From positions 930,001-994,000 of the forward strand of contig CAJFCJ010000015.1 in the NCBI GenBank assembly GCA_904063045.1: 64,000 nt of DNA, written 5' to 3'. The notes beneath the pieces were generated by a model. That model made no database searches. It worked only from the letters and a program-made list of their open reading frames with translations, and was not told where the DNA came from. The stretch's first letter is position 1. The number at the start of each line of letters is the position of its first letter. The stretch is from Dimorphilus gyrociliatus. Lineage: Eukaryota > Animalia > Annelida. The translations under genes and the position numbers were made by a program. Positions 35,512 to 47,796 of the stretch are shown here, piece after piece.

Positions 35512-38346
35512 TCTGGATCGAAATATTCTCCATTTTTACTTTTATCCTTAATATACACGTGTAAACCGTCCTGCTGTTAGGCGTTTATCCTCTTCTGTTT
35601 ACTAATCTCTTTTAGTGAGTTGATTATTTATTTACTTTGACCGAAATGTTTAGATTCGTTCTAATAAACTCATTTGAGATTAAGAATAAGAACAAATACT
35701 GAATAACCTTCCGGCATTTAAGAATAGTACTAATTGTTTTTTGTTAATTAATTCCTAGAAGTATATCGAATACCCATAATGCCATCATGTAAGTTCACAC
35801 GGGATTTAATTACATATACATCAGTTATTCGATAACAACTTAAATCCTTTAATCAAATTAATATCGCTCAAAAATGTTTTATTGTTTGTATTTATTATGA
35901 AAATGTATTGCGTCAGCAATCAAGCTAGTTTGTATGTTTTCTAAATGTTTGTTTCTTAAATTAATACAAAGATATAGAAGATGAACGAAAAGAAATATGT
36001 GTAAATATATATATATATATATACACTGTATATTTGTATATACTGTATATCTATATTACATCATCGGAGGAAAAACTAATGGAAAGTCAAAAATCCTAGT
36101 TATTACGATCGTTTAAGTTCCATTATGAACCTACTTCCTATCCCTTTGTGTTCCTGTTTGATTTTCTATTTATAGCATCACATAGCGTCCAAAAGATATA
36201 TGTAAACTATAATAAACAACATATCTATTATTATTAATATATACTAATGATTAAACAATTGTCGTGTATAGTTAATATTGTTTATTTGAAAATCTCATGA
36301 GTTATTTATTAAACTCTAACTGGCTTATTTGACTATTATCATATAGTTTATAATATAGGACTATATACCTTATATAGTATATAAAAAGCTTTTATACTAA
36401 TATATATAAGAGAGAGAGAGAGAGAGAGAGAGGGATAGATACATTTACTGTATAATGTATCTTGGACAATATATTTTTTATTATTACAATTATTGCTTAG
36501 AAGCTTCTATTGAAGATTCGAAATGAAAAGAAAAGAAATAAAAGATCAAATCACTTCCGAAATTGAATTTATATTTCTACTAGCAATCCATGAGACTAGA
36601 GAAAAGAGTAAGAGACGCGTATAGAAAGAATAGAACACATGAAATAGATAAAGTGGAAAAACAAGGAAAGATTGTTACGGAAAGCGGAAAATCTTTAGGA
36701 TCTCATCGATAGCCATATTTGCTCGTTTATGTACTTGTAAACAATACAACTACCTATATTTAATTGTTTTTTACCAATAAATAGTAATCAGGTACAAAAC
36801 ATCTAGGCTTTTATATGAAAAGGTATATATAAACTGCATATAGAAAGTAGAGGAGGAGAAGTATAGACTTTTTTAACTGATTTTCCTTTATTGTATATTA
36901 TAAATATATAAGTGTGTGTATACATATATATATATATATACAATCGTGTATGCACATATATAGATATATGGATAAAAATGAATTTCAAGAATTCAATAAA
37001 AAATAAAAGAGAGAAACAAACAGAACAAGGAAGAAAAAGAAGAAAAAACGAAGAGAAAGATAGATAAAGAACAGGGAAAGATAAGAGGAAAAGAAGTGAA
37101 AGGAGGTCATCCATTGTTAAAGAAATTTTATAAGAGGTTTTTTTTTTAAAGAGTTATTAAACGTATGGAAAATTAATCAATTAATGAGCTCTAATATAAC
37201 ATATAAAAGAAAAACAAAATAACAGAGACGAATGAAAGGTAATATTAATAATTTATTTATTAGATATACAGTATATATTGCTTATAAGCATAAATAAAAA
37301 TATCGTAAAATGAATTATTTTCAATAACCAAATTATACAAACACAAAATAAATATGTAAAAGGTAAATGGAAAAAAAAAGGTTGTAGATCGAATTTCGAG
37401 ATGACAAATTAGTTGTATATGTTGTTTTGTCGACGTAAATTAGCCAATTACGGCCGGTGTAAGAAAGAATAATAATAGAGTTCTTTACTGTCACCTCGGT
37501 TACTGATTTACCAAGAATTCTTTCATCATTAGAGAAGTGAAATTTATTTTTAAACATACAAAACTAGAAATACTCTGACTGTGAGAACGGTGTTTGTGGG
37601 GGAAAAAATACTATTTTCAGTGGATAAAAAAAGTATCTTCATTCCCTTCTTCTTGTCAGTTAGTTTCTCTATTAGATTATCATTTAATTATTACAATTCT
37701 ATCGACAATTGGATTTTTTTCCCTATAAATACTAGTTTAAAACGAACATTTAAAGGACGAAGATAAAAAATAAGAGAGAGAGAATAAAGAAAGATAGTGA
37801 AAAGAAAATGTTTCATATTGCTCCTTTTTTTGAAGGTCAAATGAAAAACTATTGTTAGAATATCCTTTTTTATGTCAAAGATATTTTTAAATGTACTTTA
37901 TAAAAAAAGTTCCCCAATAAATAATTAAGGAAAAAGGTCAATCAATGAAAGAAAAAAGAGTTAATTAGATAAATGAGCACAGGTGACGAAAAATAATTCC
38001 TCATATTAATAATAATCATTCTATTAATGAAAAGAAGAATTTTATAGATATAACTGAGTGTGTTTACAAATATATATATATATATATATGGAATGTATAT
38101 TATGGTATGAAATATCTATACATGCACATTTATTTCCCTATCTGTGCAATTGCTCAAATGAATATAGAGAGAGATGCGTCATAATAAAATAGATAATATC
38201 TTCATACTTTTCGTATTTATTGTCAATCCATTCTTTCTCCGGAGTTTTAAAATAGTATAATAAATACGGCGACGAAGCGAAATTATGTCAGCAAACAACG
38301 CTGCAGCTTTCCTTCCGTTTGATGTTTATATATACATTCGTGTGAA

Positions 38347-39456
38347 TCACATCAAAGTCTCGTTGGCCAACGTGACCGGATTGTTGTTGTTCCTCTTTCG
38401 GACAATTAAAGGTACACTTGCACCGACTCCAAGTGAAGCAGTCTTCTCACAGAAAATAATCGCCAATAATTCGTGGCGAAATCGGGCGTTCAAACAGCAA
38501 TGGAGTACGAAGGAGAATGCAAAATGAGCTATCTGGAGGCAGTTTGCTATTGCTCGAGCTAAGAGGACGACGCCTGTATCAAGTTGACGAAACGTTTCGA
38601 GCACTACATTCATAGCGTCACAGGGTAAAACCAACACAACAAACATCATTATAAATACAATTAATACTAGAGTGATTCTTGACGACGCTGCCACTGATGA
38701 ACTCTGCGAGACCATTGCCATTGTTCTAAGTTTTAATGAACGGCGAAGCGCGGAAATAAGAGAAGCGTTACAATAAACTAAAATTATAAAAGGTATAGTA
38801 GCTCCTATAACCAACTGGGCGTAAACGTACGATGTGGTTCTTGCCCAATCCGGACCAACATCAAGTATTATTGTACTCCTTCCATTCAAATGAACGTCGT
38901 TGAAGCTGAGCTGCCAAAATGACGGAAATGATAGAGAGACGGCTATAGATGCTGCTATGGAATAACAAATGTAAGCGTGCCAACTTTTCCTCGGCCATGA
39001 GAGCATTGGATGACAAATTGCAACGTATCTGAGTAAAGTCATGCTGGTTGTTAGCCAAATACTAAGTAATATACCCGAATTGATAACTGCTCCACTATAT
39101 GTCCAATAGTAAAGTGAGAAACATCTTCCGCCCCAATTTGCCATTGAAGGAGAAACGAAAGCCTTTGGTAATAGGGCCGAGCATATGAGGAGGTCAGATA
39201 GAGCCAAAAACAGGAAACCGGACGTTGTTCCACTTTCATCCCTTCGACGTAGCCTAAGGCGTCCTAGTACGAAAGCGTTTATTAGATTGCCAATCGTTCC
39301 GAAAGCAGCCAAACTTGGAGTGACAATTGAGTTGAGTGCTTTCTTCACTTCCTCATAATTTTCCGCTTCTTTAGTAGTATTCGATCCGTTCAGCATTATC
39401 CGGGAGTCATTTATAGAATAAGATTTATACGAATATGTTGAGTCTTTTTGCGCCAT
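38347..39456 (-). CDS. Class A GPCR, FMRFamide/peptide-receptor-like (intronless)
   Basis: 369-aa ORF with GTIGNLINAFVL, LALSDL, LRYVAICHP, IPFIILVYCNASLI and HFAFSFVLHCCLNARFR, consistent with a 7TM receptor. Confidence 0.88.
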   Translation of the reverse strand: MAQKDSTYSYKSYSINDSRIMLNGSNTTKEAENYEEVKKALNSIVTPSLAAFGTIGNLINAFVLGRLRLRRRDESGTTSGFLFLALSDLLICSALLPKAFVSPSMANWGGRCFSLYYWTYSGAVINSGILLSIWLTTSMTLLRYVAICHPMLSWPRKSWHAYICYSIAASIAVSLSFPSFWQLSFNDVHLNGRSTIILDVGPDWARTTSYVYAQLVIGATIPFIILVYCNASLISALRRSLKLRTMAMVSQSSSVAASSRITLVLIVFIMMFVVLVLPCDAMNVVLETFRQLDTGVVLLARAIANCLQIAHFAFSFVLHCCLNARFRHELLAIIFCEKTASLGVGASVPLIVRKRNNNNPVTLANETLM

Positions 39457-39972
39457 CTAGCTCAGTTTATCAATTAGCTTTCTCTCACTCTCATTCTTTC
39501 ACCCTCATTCTATTTCTTTCTTTTCTCTCTTTTCCATTTCTCTCGCCCTTTTAGTCGAACACACAACGCGCCAGTACATTTTCCTTCCCCTTTTTCCATT
39601 TTTATAATATTGACTGAAAAATTCTTTACAAAATAAATCGACCGTAAAATGTTTGCAGTATCCATAAGTAGAGAGACGCTTCTGGACACATTCTAATTAT
39701 AAAACCTGACTAAAATCAAAATAATAGCTAATATTCAGAAACTTTTAGATTAATGATCTCTTATCCATCCCCCGAAACCCCTTTCGCTCACTCGATGAAT
39801 TAATCTCCTTTTTAGAGTTGGAAAAAACTTACTAGGCCTACTTTCGAAGTTTTTCTCTTTACCATTGTATTTTTTCAACAGGCGACATCTATTGGTTGTT
39901 TGTAGTCTCGTTTCGATATCTGTTTCCGGTAAAGTTTTCGTTCAGCTACGTATAAAAAATTGACTAAACAGC

Positions 39973-41050
39973 ATGGTTTCGAGACCATTTATTAGGAATG
40001 GGCTAGCAAGGGCAATGTATGATAAAATTATGTTCGATAATGAACAAAGAAATAGTGATCATTCCCACGTACGGAAATATTTTGTATTTTAAATAATATG
40101 TTAAAGTTTAATCAAAGCGTTGGACATCATTCCCTCCACAGTGGTATGAAGTAAATAAATCAATGATACCAGCTGAAGTTTGCGATAGATTTATACAATT
40201 CAATGAAGATTCGGATACAGAGAAATTTTTAGAGAATTGTTACGAAAAATCTGATTGGATATTTACACAATTTTTCCATCTGATAGTGAAGAGTATTTTA
40301 GGCTTCTTTCTTACGAAAACGTCAATTAATGGGTAGGAAAAAGGTCATAGAGAGAACAAAAGTATTAACTTTACACAAAAACGACAATTATTGCAGGTTT
40401 CTAGGACGAGGCTCGATGTTTGTTTACTCCTCAGCTCAGTTCTTGGAATTTCTGAGTGTAAGTGAGAACTTTCATGCCGAAGCCCTGCTAGACATTGGTG
40501 CTGGTGATGGAAAGATTACAGAAAAAATGGATCAGTTTTTCGATCGCGTCTTTGTAACTGAAATATCTCAACCTATGATTAGTAGATTGGAGAGTAAACG
40601 TTATACAGTCCTAAACGCCTACGATTGGTTTGACGAAGAGAAAAAGTATGATGTAATCACCTGCCTAAATGTCTTAGACAGATGCGATAAACCGGCTACA
40701 CTTTTGTCGCAATTAAAACAATCTCTTAAGCCCAATGGCCGGTTGATAATCGCTTTAGTGTTACCTTTTAAACCATTCGTCGAAGGTACGTGTATCCTAT
40801 TGATTATCTTTAATCTGTAAAAAGCGTCACCTATTTACTTTCAGCTGGGTTTGGACATCGACCATCTGAATTTTTGCGATTAGAAGGGAAAACCTTCGAA
40901 GATCAATTGACTTTCTTATCTCAAGTGTTCTTTCCCAATATGGGCTTTAAAGTACATGCAGTCAGTAAAGTGCCTTATTTGTGTGAAGGAGGATTAGATA
41001 CGTCCTTTTATGTGATAGAAGATGCTTTATTTTTATTATCCGCAATATAA
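39973..41050 (+). CDS. METTL9: Protein-histidine N-methyltransferase METTL9 (DREV)
   Basis: Spliced reading MVSRPFIRNGLARAMY.../WYEVN...KTSINGFLGRGSMFVYS, SAM-binding motif LLDIGAGDG, CLNVLDRC, and YLCEG near the end. Confidence 0.93.
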
Positions 41051-41081
41051 TGTATAAAAAAAATCGTCTAGTAACACATCA

Positions 41082-43038
41082 TCACCATTCCAGTTTGACA
41101 GGATAAGTTCCAGTTAAGCAGGCGACGCAATGGCCAGCTTTGCCCTTATCTTTGATACCTTCTTTCACCGCCGTTTGTAATCCGTCCACCGAAAGATAAC
41201 GTACGCTATCTGCTCCTGATAAAGGGAAAACAGAGAAGATTACGTATATCGGTAAAAGTTAGTTCAGGTTTAAAACAGTATGTTTTCTAACCGAAATGAT
41301 AGGCTAAGAGTTCTTCGTCCATCTTGTTAGCAATAAGTTCCTCTCTCGTTGGGATATTGATGCCCATATAACAAGGATGCTTTAACGGAGGTGAGGCAAC
41401 TCTAATATGGACTTCCTTAGCACCTGATTTTTTCAATAATTTAACAATAGGACCCATGGTATTGCCTCTAACGATAGAATCATCAATTAAAACAATTCGT
41501 TGATTCTTTAAATTATCTGTGAGAGCACCGAATTTCTTTGCAACCCCTAATTGTCTCAATCGACTGCTTGGTTGAATAAAAGTACGACCTTCGTAACGAT
41601 TTTTACACAATACTTCTACGTACGGTATTCCTGACTATGCGAAATTTAGGATATTAGAAATGAATTAGGCGTAAAAATAGACATTAATACTTCTATTGAG
41701 AAGCCCATTGCCGCTGGAGTTGCAGACTCGGGAACTGTTGATACTAAATCAGCTGCCACAGGGGCTTCATGCGCCAACATCATCCCACAACGTTTCCTCA
41801 CAGTGTAAACCATTTGACCTGAATAAAGCAGTTTCCTTAAGAATATAGTTTTCTTTAGACCGTTATTGAATATAATTTACAAACCTTCCAAAAGGGTATC
41901 CGGTCTGGAAAAATATACGTACTCAAAAATGCAAAAGGCCGGAAGTCCGTTGTCAGGTCTTTCAACGATACCGACCGATTTTACGCCAGATTCAGTTAAG
42001 GCAACTATTTCGCCTGGTTCCACTTCACGATAGTAAGAAGCACCAATAGCCTGAAAAGAGCAAGACTCACTCGATACGATCCAGCCGTGAGCCTCCTGAT
42101 CAGCACATTCATCTGTATTTAAAAAAGTTTAAATATTTTGGAAAATATGTTAATCAATTCAAACGTTTATTTACTTATGTTAGGTAAACTTCCAGTGCCT
42201 GGTAGCACTTTTCCAATACAAAGTGGACGATTACCAAGAGGGTCTCTAACAGCATATACAACGTCTTTATGCATAACTACCAAAGAATATGATGTAGGTG
42301 TTTTTGTCATAAGCCATTTAATTCTTTTTCACAAGAATTTGAAATAAATCCTAAATTAGGCCTAAAAGTTAATTTATTTTGACGTACACACCTTGCTGGC
42401 CAATCTGGCCCATTGGGCTCCCCATTTGGAGGGGAAGAAGATAGAAGTTGAGTAATGACTTCGGAATCGGATCCCGTCGATAAGCCTATACCACTGGAAA
42501 GAACTTTTCTTTTCAGTTTCTTAGCATTTATCAATTCCCCGTTATGTGCAACTGAGATAAGGCCGTGCATCGTTTCAACGATAAATGGTTGGCAATTATC
42601 GATTTGAGATGCTCCCGCAGTGGAATAACGAGTATGACCTATAATGAATTCTCTTTATTAGGGTAACATGTAACGAAAAAGATAAAACAAAGTCACAGAA
42701 TTAGAACCTATGCCGATATTTCCTTTCAGCTTCTCAAGCGACTCCGGCTTAAAAATCTGGTTCACTAGACCCATCCCTTTAACCTTTGAAATCTGATAAA
42801 CGTCCTTCCCATAGGTCGTTACTATTCCAGCACTCTCTTGACCCCTGTTTTTACGTATTTCGTCTTGCGTAAATACTTATTACGTAGCATTAACTTGGGT
42901 GAGATACCTATGTTGAAGGCCTACTAGACCTAATGATATTACAGTTGGAACATCTAATGGTACTTGTTGATTCTTTGTAGCGACACATCCAAAAATACCA
43001 CAGGCTTCTCTTAATTCTAATTCACCTTCTTCATTCAT
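41082..43038 (-). CDS. PPAT: Amidophosphoribosyltransferase
   Basis: Propeptide then [29 protein letters not shown]-binding [29 protein letters not shown], and C-terminal PVKLEW*. Confidence 0.96.
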
Positions 43039-43780
43039 TGTCCTTCGTACCCTTTTGTTCTTCTTTCGAACTTTAGCAGCTTTGAAAATTTAATACTTCA
43101 ACTGAAATAGAATACAATACAGAATCGTCTATTTTAAATACAATTAAATGAAATACAGATTTCTTGTATTTCTTGTGTAAATTTTCCATTTTAATAAACT
43201 TTTAAAATATCATAAAAAGAAAAGAAAGGAAAACTATTATTGAATGAATAGTTTTGAACAATATTATTCAAGTGTTGTTGAAACTTCTCACTTAAAATAC
43301 CTTTTAATTGACTTTTTAAAAGTATAAAAAAAGAATTCTTTCTATTGGAGTTCCACTTTCGTAATTACCGCCGTGCATGTGCTATCACTGATGATAACCT
43401 TTTAACTGTATTCGTACGCTGTTGTCTTTTTTTTAAACTACAAAATGAATATGTGTTAGGTATACGAAAACTATTATAATAGAATTTAATCTATTAAATT
43501 TAAATGATTTTAATATGTATAAAGGTTTATTTGGAACTAAATTTTTCAATAAGATACTAAGAACTATTTTAAATCGCGGATTAAAGTACTCTGCCTTTTA
43601 ATACTGGTCGGGTATATAAAACTCAGTGAAGTTCAAACTGTGTCCATACAAGTGTCAAGTTTCTTATCCATTGTTCCTGAAACAGTTTCAGACAGTAAGT
43701 GAACTCTTTCCTCATAGAACTAGATTATTTTATCCTGTTTTCTTGTTTTCCTTTACAAAAAATAAGGCGGCTTCGGCAAC

Positions 43781-45257
43781 ATGGCTGCAACGAATCTAAC
43801 TATTGGTAATCAAATTATCGAAGGAAAGACGAAAATCGTTTATGATCTACCTGAACAGAAGGGAAATGCTCTTATACTATCCAAGGATAGAATAACAGCT
43901 GGAGATGGTGTGAGATCCAATGATATGGCTGGTAAAGCTGCAATTTCAACATCTACTGCTGTAAAAATCTTTGAATTGCTAAATTCGTCAGGTAAAGTTG
44001 AAATAATGAAAACGTCTCTTCAACAATTTTAATTATCAGGAATCATTTCTATTTCCTTTTCAATCCAGGTATTAAGACTCATTTTGTCAAAAGACATAGC
44101 GATACGGCGTTTATCGCCAAAAAATGCGCAATGATTCCAATTGAATTTGTTACTCGTCGAATTGCTACTGGTTCCTTTCTACGTAGACATACAGGAGTTA
44201 AGGAGGGCTTTAGGTTTAATCCACCAAAATTAGAATATTTTTTTAAGGATGATGAAAATCATGATCCTCAATGGTCTTCAGAACAAATTATTTGTGCCAA
44301 ATTTAAATTTAATGGAGTTGAAATAGGAAAAGATGAATTAGCTATCTTATCCGTATCTACCGTAACAATTTTTGAAATTCTAGAAAATGCTTGGAAATCT
44401 CTAGATTGTAGTCTTATCGATATGAAAATTGAATTTGGCGTGACTGAAGAAGGAGAGTTAGTCCTTGCCGATTTGATTGACAGCGACTCTTGGAGGCTCT
44501 GGCCATCGGGGGATAAAAGGCTGATGAAAGATAAACAAGTTTGTAAACTAAGAATTACAAAATAATTAATCATTGTATGTAATTTAATTTTAATTTTCGC
44601 AGGTTTATAGAGATCTTAGAGATGTTACTCCCGAAGCTCTAAACGAAGTCAAGCGTAATTTTGAATGGGTAGCCAATAAAGTTGAACAATTGACACCAAA
44701 GCCTAATGCCCGAGTAGTTATTTTTATGGGTTCGCCATCGGACTTAGGGCATTGCCAAGAGATAAAAAAATCTCTTTCATCTTTTGGAGTCCCATGCGAA
44801 TTGAGAGTGTCGTCGGCCCATAAAGCAACTTGTCCAACTTTAGATATATTGGGTGAAATTGAAGGAGAAGGAATCCCAACGGTCTTTATTGCCGTTGCCG
44901 GTAGAAGTAATGGATTAGGGCCGGTTTTATCCGGAAATGCGACTTGGCCAGTCATTAATTGTCCTCCAATTAAGCCAGATTGGGGCCAAGAAGATATCTG
45001 GAGTTCGCTAAGACTACCTTCAGGTACTTAGAAAATAAAAAATATCTAATCAATTGATATTGACTTTACAAAACCCCTTTTTTTTTCTGTCCTTAGGTCT
45101 AGCTTGTACAACTATAATTGGAGCTGAATCAGCCGCTATTCACGCAGCACAAATACTAAGTTTACATGATCATATGATTTGGGCTAAATTGAGAGCAAGA
45201 AAATTACACAACATTGTTAGTTTGAATGTAGCTGATCGAAAGATTAGAGACGACTAA
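43781..45257 (+). CDS. PAICS: Bifunctional SAICAR synthetase/AIR carboxylase
   Basis: EGKTKIVY...[42 protein letters not shown]; PurE part [10 protein letters not shown]...[15 protein letters not shown]. Four exons. Confidence 0.96.
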
Positions 45258-45834
45258 TTATATGTTTATCATAGTTTACGAATAATAAAATTCCTTACGA
45301 TTTCTTGTATCAATTGAACAATAGCTTTAGTTAGTTTCTTCATTCATTCACCTTTTGTTTTAGATTTTAGATTATTTTCGTTTGATTAGCAGATACATTT
45401 CTATATAATGTGTTATTTTGAAATATCTAATGAAATAATCTATGTAATGCTTTTATAATTATCATGCAATACGACACTGGTATTTCTTAATCGTTACTGT
45501 TAAAAATGCTACTATACTTTCAAATTTGGGATATGTAATGATAATTGAGTAAAATTAAACATTAATTTGCTTAGTTAATTCAGTATATAAATTCCATATC
45601 TTTAATATACATTTATTGCTTTGAAAGCGAAATTATACTTTATTAGAGAAAGTACGAAAACAGTTTTGAAAAAACCTTCCCGCTCAATCTTGTGTCCGGA
45701 AGCGGTGTTTGGCGGCCATTTGCTGTATGTTTACTAACTTGTTTAGGCACGGTATAAAATTATTGACTAACCAGCAGAAATTGACGGTATTTAATAATAA
45801 TCTTAAGGAATCAAGCTACACATTATTCTCTACA

Positions 45835-47281
45835 ATGCCCCGAAAGCGAAAAGTATGTGTATCTCATTCTGAAATTGATTAAAAATTATACTTTATATCC
45901 AATAATTCATTATAGTCAACTCCAACAAAGAAGGCTAAACAACCTGAAGAAAAAAAATTTAGGGAAGATATTGCTACTTCAGATTCTGAAACCGAACAAT
46001 CAAAAACCGAAAATCAAAAACCTTCACTAGAGGTAGCTAGCGAAAAGCCTTCGACTTCAGTGAAACCAGAAGATGGAGATGTCGCACGTGCACCTAAATG
46101 GAATATGAAATTCTCATCGTGGAATGTTAATGGGCTTAGAGCTTGGGCCGATGTAATATTACAAATTTTCCATTAAACAATATAAAGCAATATATGAACA
46201 TAAAAAAAAACCATTTACCTGCAGAAAAAAGGTCATGAATATATTACATCGAATACACCCGACGTATTTTGTATGCAAGAGACAAAATGCGACGAAGCAA
46301 AGGTACCTGAAAAAGTTAAAATCAAAGGCTATAATACCTATTTTTCCTCTGGTGACCAAGAAGGGTATTCAGGGACAGGTTTATACTCTAAGGTTAAACC
46401 TATTAAATTAACTTACGGAATAGGTAAATGAACACAATTGAAAAAAATTAGATGTTACTAAAGAAACTGTTTCCTTTTTTTGTAGGTGATAAGAAACATG
46501 ATGGCGAAGGACGTGTAATTACCGCCGAATACGAAAAATTCTATTTCGTTACAGCTTGTTTGTCTTTTTTTTATCATATTCTTAGAAAAAAAGAGGATTT
46601 AAATTTATTCTTTTTTTTTATTCTAAAATAGACATTCCTAATTCGGGTAGAGGTCTGAAGAGACTTGATTATCGTACAAAAGAGTGGGACGTAGATTTTA
46701 GAGAATATCTTGTGAATTTGGATAAAATTAAGCCTATTATACTTTGTGGAGATTTAAATGTCGCCCATTTGGATATTGGTTAGATAATTATTTAGAAGTG
46801 AAACCCTTTTAAATTTAACATTACTTTAATATCCATAGATTTAAAGAATCCTAAATCGAATCGTAATAAAACAGCCGGTTTTACTGATGCAGAAAGGGAA
46901 GAATTTACTAAACTATTAGATTCTGGATTTATCGATTCTTTTAGATATTTTTATCCAAAGAAAGAAGGCGCATACTCGTATTGGTCTTACATGGGTAACG
47001 CAAGAAAGAAGAACGTTGGATGGTAATTATTATTTTATCATTTGAAAGAAAAACATGACCAAACCAAACGCCAAATGGGAAAAAGATAAAATTAAAAAAA
47101 GAAGGAAAAAACGCGGAAATGTTCTTTGTATTACCTAAATAGTTTTTAATCTTTTTTCAGGCGTTTAGATTACTTTGTGATATCAGAACGATTGAAATGT
47201 CATTTGCACGATAGTGTAATTAGAGACGATGTTGAAGGAAGTGATCATTGTCCTATTGAACTACTTATGAACTTTGAGTGA
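45835..47281 (+). CDS. APEX1: AP endonuclease 1 (ExoIII family)
   Basis: MPRKRK N-terminus; SWNVNGLRAW, FCMQETKC, GRVITAEY, YIPNSG, CGDLNVAH, NKTAGFT, YSYWSY, GWRLDYF, GSDHCPI. Confidence 0.95.
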
Positions 47282-47323
47282 AAAAAAACAAACTTTTTTC
47301 ATGTTATATAGCTGCTTATAAGA

Positions 47324-47447
47324 ATATGTATTTATATATGAATTTATATATATATATATATATATATGTATTTATATATGAATTTATATATATATATATA
47401 TATATATGTATTTATATATGAATTTATATATATATATATATATGTAT
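47324..47447. repeat. 40-bp AT-rich minisatellite, about 3 copies
   Basis: The unit aatttatatatatatatatatatatatgtatttatatatg repeats with period 40. The last copy has a shorter TA run. Confidence 0.85.
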
Positions 47448-47796
47448 AACTAGAGCATTTATTATCTATATATATTGTGCAAGGTACCACTATATAAACT
47501 TTAACATTGTAATCTCATAGTACAGATATGTTGTATAAAACATTAAAAACGTTGTGAACATTAACATTAACTGTTGTAAAAAGAACATTTTATAGTTGCA
47601 TAAAGTATTTTGTATATTAAAAAAAAAAACTCCCAGGCATTATTTTCAGTAGTAAACTACTGTTAAATCCGGGTTCTACAGGCAATGCGCAGATTGTCCA
47701 ATTAGCGCAAACCAAACAACATTTGGAAAAGCTAACTCAGACGATGTCTTGACGCGGCAATTTACAAATTGAATGTAAAAGATATGAAATATAAGA

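Noticed and set aside
29468-37766. Many 60-110 aa Phe/Leu/Ser/Ile-rich ORFs
   Set aside because: These are translations of (GA)n, (TA)n and poly-T tracts, not genes.
46081-46150. APEX1 lacks the redox Cys65 equivalent (KFSSWNVNG)
   Set aside because: Established: that cysteine is essentially mammal-specific, so its absence is expected.
47324-47447. 40-bp repeat as a CRISPR-like or functional array
   Set aside because: Identical AT-only units with no spacers, in a eukaryotic 3' flank. It is a simple minisatellite.
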